A DNA stretch of 31,609 nucleotides from a virus. Location: the IMG/VR virus record IMGVR_UViG_3300040960_000460. One strand, written 5' to 3'. Position 1 is the first letter of the stretch, and every line of letters begins with the position of its first letter. The notes under the pieces were generated by a model. It was not told the origin of the DNA. It saw only the letters and a program-made list of their open reading frames with translations, and searched no databases. The translations under genes were made by a program, and so were the position numbers. This document shows, piece by piece, positions 27,574-31,609 of the stretch.

Positions 27574-29534
27574 CGAGCCAAAGCCTCTTTAAATGGGTGC
27601 TCTGCAAATGCCATGTAGATGTATGTGCTACCGCTTGCGTTGTGGCTGCTACCAGTACCGTTTATCTTAAATCCGTTGCATAAGATATCTAAAGATGACG
27701 CATTTGACTCAATGTTTGTGAGGTTAGGGTAAAGCGACGGGTTATCCCAGTTGTAGCCCTCTCGCATATTATCGGAAATAATCCAGTTACCCGTGCCACC
27801 AATAGCCAGCTTGTACATGATAAACGCTGGTTTAAACCCAGTGTAGACAAATGGTCCATCTGCTGATCCGTTTCCGACATACGAGCCAAACTTGGAGAAA
27901 CCTTCAACGCTGTGGAAGCAGTAGGCAATATGCGAACTTGCAGACTCATTTACTCTTGCTGAATTCCCAATTGTAAATAAAGTTGACGTTGGGGCTGTAT
28001 CATTCCACCGAGAACTAGCGACTGCTGATGCGTCAATATCAAATTCAATATAAGCAGTTGCACCTATTGCTTCATGATAAATAGTCCAGTCAATAACCCT
28101 GTCTCTGTTTTTAACAATAATCATTTCTAATGCTGAGTTAAGACCATGCCCAATAGTTTCACCCAGCAATCCATTACCTGTATAACTTACAATACTAAAC
28201 CCAGCATCAACATTAGCACTGACCTGTGAAGTGATAGAGCCGTCTGTGTTTGATACTGCTGTGCCGCCAGCTTTCCATACCCACGCAACAGAGTTGCCAG
28301 AAGGTGCAGAGTAGGTTGTCTCTGCGGCAGTAGTGTTTGACCGAAGAACACCCGTGCCTCTTACAGTATCAATAAGCTGGTGGTTGTTAGAGTTAGCTCT
28401 GTCCTTAATCCATATTAGAGAGCTATCATACAGCGCCTCTGCTGTAGCCTTTATGTTAGCGCCAGTGTCTAGCACAACATTAAACTGAGTCTCTGGCTGC
28501 TCAATAGCTGGTGCAGGTAGGTTGTCAGTGCAGAGTGCTTTTTCAGTACCCGTTGGCCCAGTGTCTGCCCACGCATATTGGCCAAAATTATATGACCCAG
28601 CCGCCAACGTTGGGTTAAACTGCCCCGAAGTATCAGCATCATAACTGATTCCAACACCATCTTTTTCGTAATACCATTGGCCCGATGTTGGTCGTAAAGA
28701 AACTTTAGCGTTTCCGCTAGTTACAAGATTACCATCCGATAGCGTTCCTGTAGTTAAAGGGTCTAAAGGATTCAACGTAGCAAAATTATTAGTAGGCGTA
28801 TCAATCATGTAATCAGTGGACGCTAAGTTGTTCTCAGTCCAGTTGTTACCGTTGCCGCTATCGTCATTGGCATTGCCATCAAACGGTAGGTAGAAGCCAT
28901 TAGTGCCGTATGTACCTGCGTATCTCTTTGGAATCCACTCGCCTGTGTCTTCGCTTATCTCACCGAAGTCATCAGGGGTTAGGGCTTGACCGTCTATGAA
29001 GTTGACTTCTGCCATGTAGCCGTCAAAAAGTCTTATTATAGCCGCTACTGAATTTACGCCATGTGTATGGCTTACAGTATTATTAAATTGTGAATCTTGG
29101 TTAAGACTAGGATAAGATGCAGATGAAAATGTTTGCTGTATACCATTAACATATATCTTCATTCTATTAGAAGAAGTTGCTTCGGTTGAATCATAAGTGG
29201 CAACAATATGATACCAGCCAGATGTATCCCGATATACGGCGTTTGTTAAACACATTACTGTAACACCATCATTTAGGAAAAAGGCAATCGTATCGTCTGA
29301 CTGAAATCTAATAACGTCTTTGTCTGAAGTAAATAGCGTTGCAGTTATGCCAACATTCCCACGCTTAACCCAGCCACTCCACGTCCATGTCTTACGATCA
29401 CCAGCAACACTTGGAGTCCGTGATAGATAAGCCGAGTCGTCATCGTTAAAGCGTAGTGAGCTTGTAATAGAAAAGCCCCCGCCACCACCGAGTGCTGCAA
29501 TTTCTTGAAACAGGTTAATGCCGAGGTCAATCAT
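27570..29534 (-). CDS. LamG/concanavalin-like fibre protein (654 aa)
   Basis: SLRFNDDDSAYLSRTPSVAGDRKTWTWSGWVKRG...YRDTSGWYHIVATYDS...NRMKIYVNG...FDGYMAEVNFIDGQALTPDDFGE..TGEWIPK is the Laminin-G_3-type pattern seen in many marine podophage fibres. The C-terminal half carries the recurring ...FSIVSYTGNG...W.IYH... / ...GFKPAFIMYK...NGFKINGTGSSHNASGSTYIYMAFAEHPFK module. Confidence 0.75.
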   Translation of the reverse strand: MIDLGINLFQEIAALGGGGGFSITSSLRFNDDDSAYLSRTPSVAGDRKTWTWSGWVKRGNVGITATLFTSDKDVIRFQSDDTIAFFLNDGVTVMCLTNAVYRDTSGWYHIVATYDSTEATSSNRMKIYVNGIQQTFSSASYPSLNQDSQFNNTVSHTHGVNSVAAIIRLFDGYMAEVNFIDGQALTPDDFGEISEDTGEWIPKRYAGTYGTNGFYLPFDGNANDDSGNGNNWTENNLASTDYMIDTPTNNFATLNPLDPLTTGTLSDGNLVTSGNAKVSLRPTSGQWYYEKDGVGISYDADTSGQFNPTLAAGSYNFGQYAWADTGPTGTEKALCTDNLPAPAIEQPETQFNVVLDTGANIKATAEALYDSSLIWIKDRANSNNHQLIDTVRGTGVLRSNTTAAETTYSAPSGNSVAWVWKAGGTAVSNTDGSITSQVSANVDAGFSIVSYTGNGLLGETIGHGLNSALEMIIVKNRDRVIDWTIYHEAIGATAYIEFDIDASAVASSRWNDTAPTSTLFTIGNSARVNESASSHIAYCFHSVEGFSKFGSYVGNGSADGPFVYTGFKPAFIMYKLAIGGTGNWIISDNMREGYNWDNPSLYPNLTNIESNASSLDILCNGFKINGTGSSHNASGSTYIYMAFAEHPFKEALAR

Positions 29535-29535
29535 A

Positions 29536-29790
29536 TTAGTACACCGCTACAATGCTGGTTGCCGTAGTCCCAGTTGAGTACACTTTTAAGATTCGTACAG
29601 GTAGGATAGATCCAGCCAGTACACCAGTGAAAGTCACTGTGTCACCGCCCAACGTATCTACTTTAATGTCACCAGCACCACCCACGAATAACGCTCGGGC
29701 AGCGTGTGTTAGATTTGAACCATCAGCGGGGGTTACTGCAAAAGCATTACTCGCTGGTGCGTCATATCCACTTGCGTCTTTCATTGTCAT
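29536..29790 (-). CDS. Spike base protein, RcGTA Rcc01079-family-like (84 aa)
   Basis: AFAVTPADGSNLTHAARALFVGGAGDIKVDTLGGDTVTFTGVLAGSILPVRILKVYSTGTTATSIVAVY matches the family pattern (a..itPsD...l....RalyvG.aGdv.v.t.gG..vtf..v.aG..lPvr..rV.atGTtAt.iv.l). Confidence 0.7.
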   Translation of the reverse strand: MTMKDASGYDAPASNAFAVTPADGSNLTHAARALFVGGAGDIKVDTLGGDTVTFTGVLAGSILPVRILKVYSTGTTATSIVAVY

Positions 29791-29792
29791 GT

Positions 29793-29945
29793 TTAGCTCC
29801 TTGCTGTTTTAGCAGCTTCTTTAAAATCTTTGGCAGTAGGTGCGCCCTTAGTGCCAGGCTTTCTCATGCGTTCACCAGAGCCGCCAGCAATGCGCTCTCG
29901 CTTCTTCATAATGTTGTAGTACAAACCCTTCTTTGGCTTCTTCAT
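29793..29945 (-). CDS. Small basic protein (50 aa, not in the ORF track)
   Basis: ATG 29945 lies 4 nt after the upstream stop. Translation: MKKPKKGLYYNIMKKRERIAGGSGERMRKPGTKGAPTAKDFKEAAKTARS*. Its 3' end carries the AAGGAG SD of the next gene. The motif GL..NI..KR.R...GSGE.MRKPG.KGAPT recurs in marine phages, as far as I recall. Confidence 0.55.
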   Translation of the reverse strand: MKKPKKGLYYNIMKKRERIAGGSGERMRKPGTKGAPTAKDFKEAAKTARS

Positions 29946-29949
29946 AAAC

Positions 29950-30228
29950 TCACCACTTGCTCTTGTTAGCCCAGTAAGCCGCAGACATTTTACCCTTGGC
30001 TATGTTCCTTCTGTGTCTAGCCTTAAAAGACTCTCGTCTCTTTCTAGCCGCATCTGACTCGCCTTCTTTCTTAGGTGAGCCACTGACACCTTGCTGGCCA
30101 AAGCGTATTGTCTTTACCTTATCACCTTCTTTAGCCACCACAACGTGAGACTTGGTTGGGTGACTAGGCGTTTTCTTGGGTTTATTGTAACCCGACACGC
30201 CTATTCTTTTAAGTAAAGACTTAGACAC
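29950..30228 (-). CDS. Small basic conserved protein (92 aa)
   Basis: GYNKPKKTPSHPTKSHVVVAKEGDKVKTIRFGQQG...RKRRESFKARHRRNIAKGKMSAAYWANKSKW matches a small family widespread in marine phages and giant viruses (I recall it as a DUF; the number is not certain). GTG start 2 nt after the tailspike stop. Confidence 0.6.
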   Translation of the reverse strand: MSKSLLKRIGVSGYNKPKKTPSHPTKSHVVVAKEGDKVKTIRFGQQGVSGSPKKEGESDAARKRRESFKARHRRNIAKGKMSAAYWANKSKW

Positions 30229-30230
30229 GG

Positions 30231-31609
30231 TTACATACTCGCAATAACAAATGAAAGCAGCTGGTCATAACGTATGCCGTAACGAATGCGCTCTACTGCT
30301 CCCTCTGGGTATGAGCCATCTTCATTAGGCGCAACAAACTCGCCATCAATTTCATACCAAGTATCTTTACAGAATAAGCCGTAGCGCTCTGGATCAAGAC
30401 CTTCAGCCTCAAATGCAGCTTGTACGTCTTGAGCAATGACACCAAAGTGAATACGCGCATCATCACCTTTTGATGCAACCGCATCTTTGAATCTAAACTT
30501 CTTGATGCTTCCTTTAATTGCTGTAGCAACACGCAATTCAGCTTCATTGATTGATTCAATGTCTTGCTTTTCAGTACCATCAGAAGTGTTAATCGTTCCG
30601 TTACCAGCGAACACCTCAGACCATCTATACCCACCAAAGCCCAATGGCTGTAGGTTATCATTGGCTGGCTGGAATCGTGATGAAACCCTAATGCCAAGAG
30701 TCGAAAAAGACTCAAAGTAATTAGTCGATGGAGTCGCGCCAGTACCAAATGTTATTCGGGCATTTTGAAAGTCTAATCTTAATCGCGGGTCTGTGTCTGT
30801 ATCTCTTTTCCCATCGAGGCCATGAGCGTATAAGCGATAAGTCCAGTCGGTATCAGCGCTAGACTTTAACATGGCGGTTTCTGATGCTTGGAAACCCTGA
30901 ATGTGTGGAGCAGTAACACTGTTGCTGGACTTGTTAACTAGGTCAAAGTTTGATCCAGTTGACTCAATTTTATTTACTCGGCCAGCAAATACACTGTTGT
31001 ACAAAGATGAGCCAGTACCCGTAAAGTCTGGAGCAATACCAGCGTTATACCCGCCAAGAATAATGTTACCAGTAATCCCCGATGCGGTATCAGTGTGAAA
31101 TAAAATCCGTTTAGATGAGCCTTCCCATCGGCAGTTGATAAGCTGGTTGTAAGAAACGGATTCGTTAAATTCAACGCGGTAATCAACCAGGCTAGATTCA
31201 ATCGAAGTGTTTAAAAATAGGTTGTTGTTTGGGCCAGCAGAAGATGCCACACCCTTTTCCATTAAGATAAATCGAGTCCCAGAATATCCAGAAACGGTAA
31301 AGTCTGAAGTGTTAAACCCAAGACGACCGCCCATAAATACGTTCTGGTTACACCAACCGCCAGCGCCAGAAACGGTAAGTTTTAAGTTAATTTTGTTTGA
31401 GTAAATGTACATCAAGTTGATAGTGTTATACGCAAAGCCAGACGTATAACCACCGCACTGTAGACCTGTTTCAAATTGAGTGACAAAAGGAACAGTGAAT
31501 TCGCAAGTGTTGCAGTTAGCTAATTCAATTCCAACGCCATTACCCCACACGCCAGACGTTCGGCTGTTATTGGTAACGCGAGGCAAAACCATTCTTTTAA
31601 ATGCGGTAG
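30231..31609 (-). CDS. Tailspike, 3' part (beta-helix body plus C-terminal Peptidase_S74 intramolecular chaperone); 31483-31609 duplicates 1-127
   Basis: The frame is open to the window end and is in phase with 572..1. The body is Gly/Asn/Ser-rich and beta-helix-like. The C-terminus NTSDGTEKQDIESINEAELRVATAIKGSIKKFRFKD.....ARIHFGVIAQDVQAAFEAEGLDPERYG is the S74 autoproteolytic chaperone pattern (SD...K..I......l.......y.y.......h.GliAQev), with Ser at 30582-84. Confidence 0.85.
   Translation of the reverse strand, partial: TAFKRMVLPRVTNNSRTSGVWGNGVGIELANCNTCEFTVPFVTQFETGLQCGGYTSGFAYNTINLMYIYSNKINLKLTVSGAGGWCNQNVFMGGRLGFNTSDFTVSGYSGTRFILMEKGVASSAGPNNNLFLNTSIESSLVDYRVEFNESVSYNQLINCRWEGSSKRILFHTDTASGITGNIILGGYNAGIAPDFTGTGSSLYNSVFAGRVNKIESTGSNFDLVNKSSNSVTAPHIQGFQASETAMLKSSADTDWTYRLYAHGLDGKRDTDTDPRLRLDFQNARITFGTGATPSTNYFESFSTLGIRVSSRFQPANDNLQPLGFGGYRWSEVFAGNGTINTSDGTEKQDIESINEAELRVATAIKGSIKKFRFKDAVASKGDDARIHFGVIAQDVQAAFEAEGLDPERYGLFCKDTWYEIDGEFVAPNEDGSYPEGAVERIRYGIRYDQLLSFVIASM
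31483..31609. repeat. Second copy of the 127-nt assembly overlap
   Basis: Identical to bases 1-127 (read directly). Confidence 0.95.

Noticed and set aside
30293-30748. Same-strand nested ORFs inside structural genes (30293..30748, 30974..31201, 9353..9673, 16466..16732, 27689..27949 and others)
   Set aside because: The translations are Leu/Arg-rich and low-complexity, with no SD. This contrasts with the 18622..19077 ORF, which I kept as a finding.

Overview
The window is a complete, circularly closed genome of a small podovirus-like dsDNA phage. The unique length is 31,482 bp, because bases 1-127 are identical to 31483-31609. It has two divergent arms that start at back-to-back sigma70-like promoters near 17.7 kb and converge on a hairpin terminator near 26.0 kb.

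Minus arm (17654 down to 574, continuing across the window junction to 26024), morphogenesis and lysis in T7-like order: small basic protein, TerS-like, TerL, two odd small genes, portal, Bbp19-like, scaffold, major capsid followed by a terminator hairpin, gp11-like adaptor, an extra 217-aa gene, gp12-like nozzle with a discoidin-like insert, a cupin-like protein, three internal or ejection proteins, and a T7 gp17-N-like fibre adaptor. Then comes a beta-helix tailspike with an S74 chaperone; this gene is split by the linearisation point. It is followed by two small basic proteins, a spike-base plus LamG fibre pair, and a lysis cassette (membrane proteins, GTA-type holin, a 51-aa cationic peptide, GH24 endolysin) with no recognisable spanin.

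Plus arm (17823-25990), early and middle genes: small unknown ORFs, several HTH proteins, an orphan C5-cytosine methyltransferase, ERF recombinase, an 85-aa protein ending in the SSB tip DDIPF, an XRE regulator, a 314-nt structured noncoding gap, an HTH-metallophosphoesterase fusion, an HNH-like protein, DUF3310 and a NinG-like protein.

I saw no RNA or DNA polymerase, primase or helicase, integrase, tRNA or CRISPR. All family names come from motif recognition by eye; no database search was run.

Most notable observations:
- a protein-like +1-frame ORF with its own SD and ATG nested inside the methyltransferase gene;
- a disruptin-like cationic peptide in a spanin-less lysis cassette;
- the mini SSB-tail protein next to ERF;
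- the HTH-metallophosphoesterase fusion;
- a GTA-like spike-base plus LamG fibre module;
- the structured noncoding gap.
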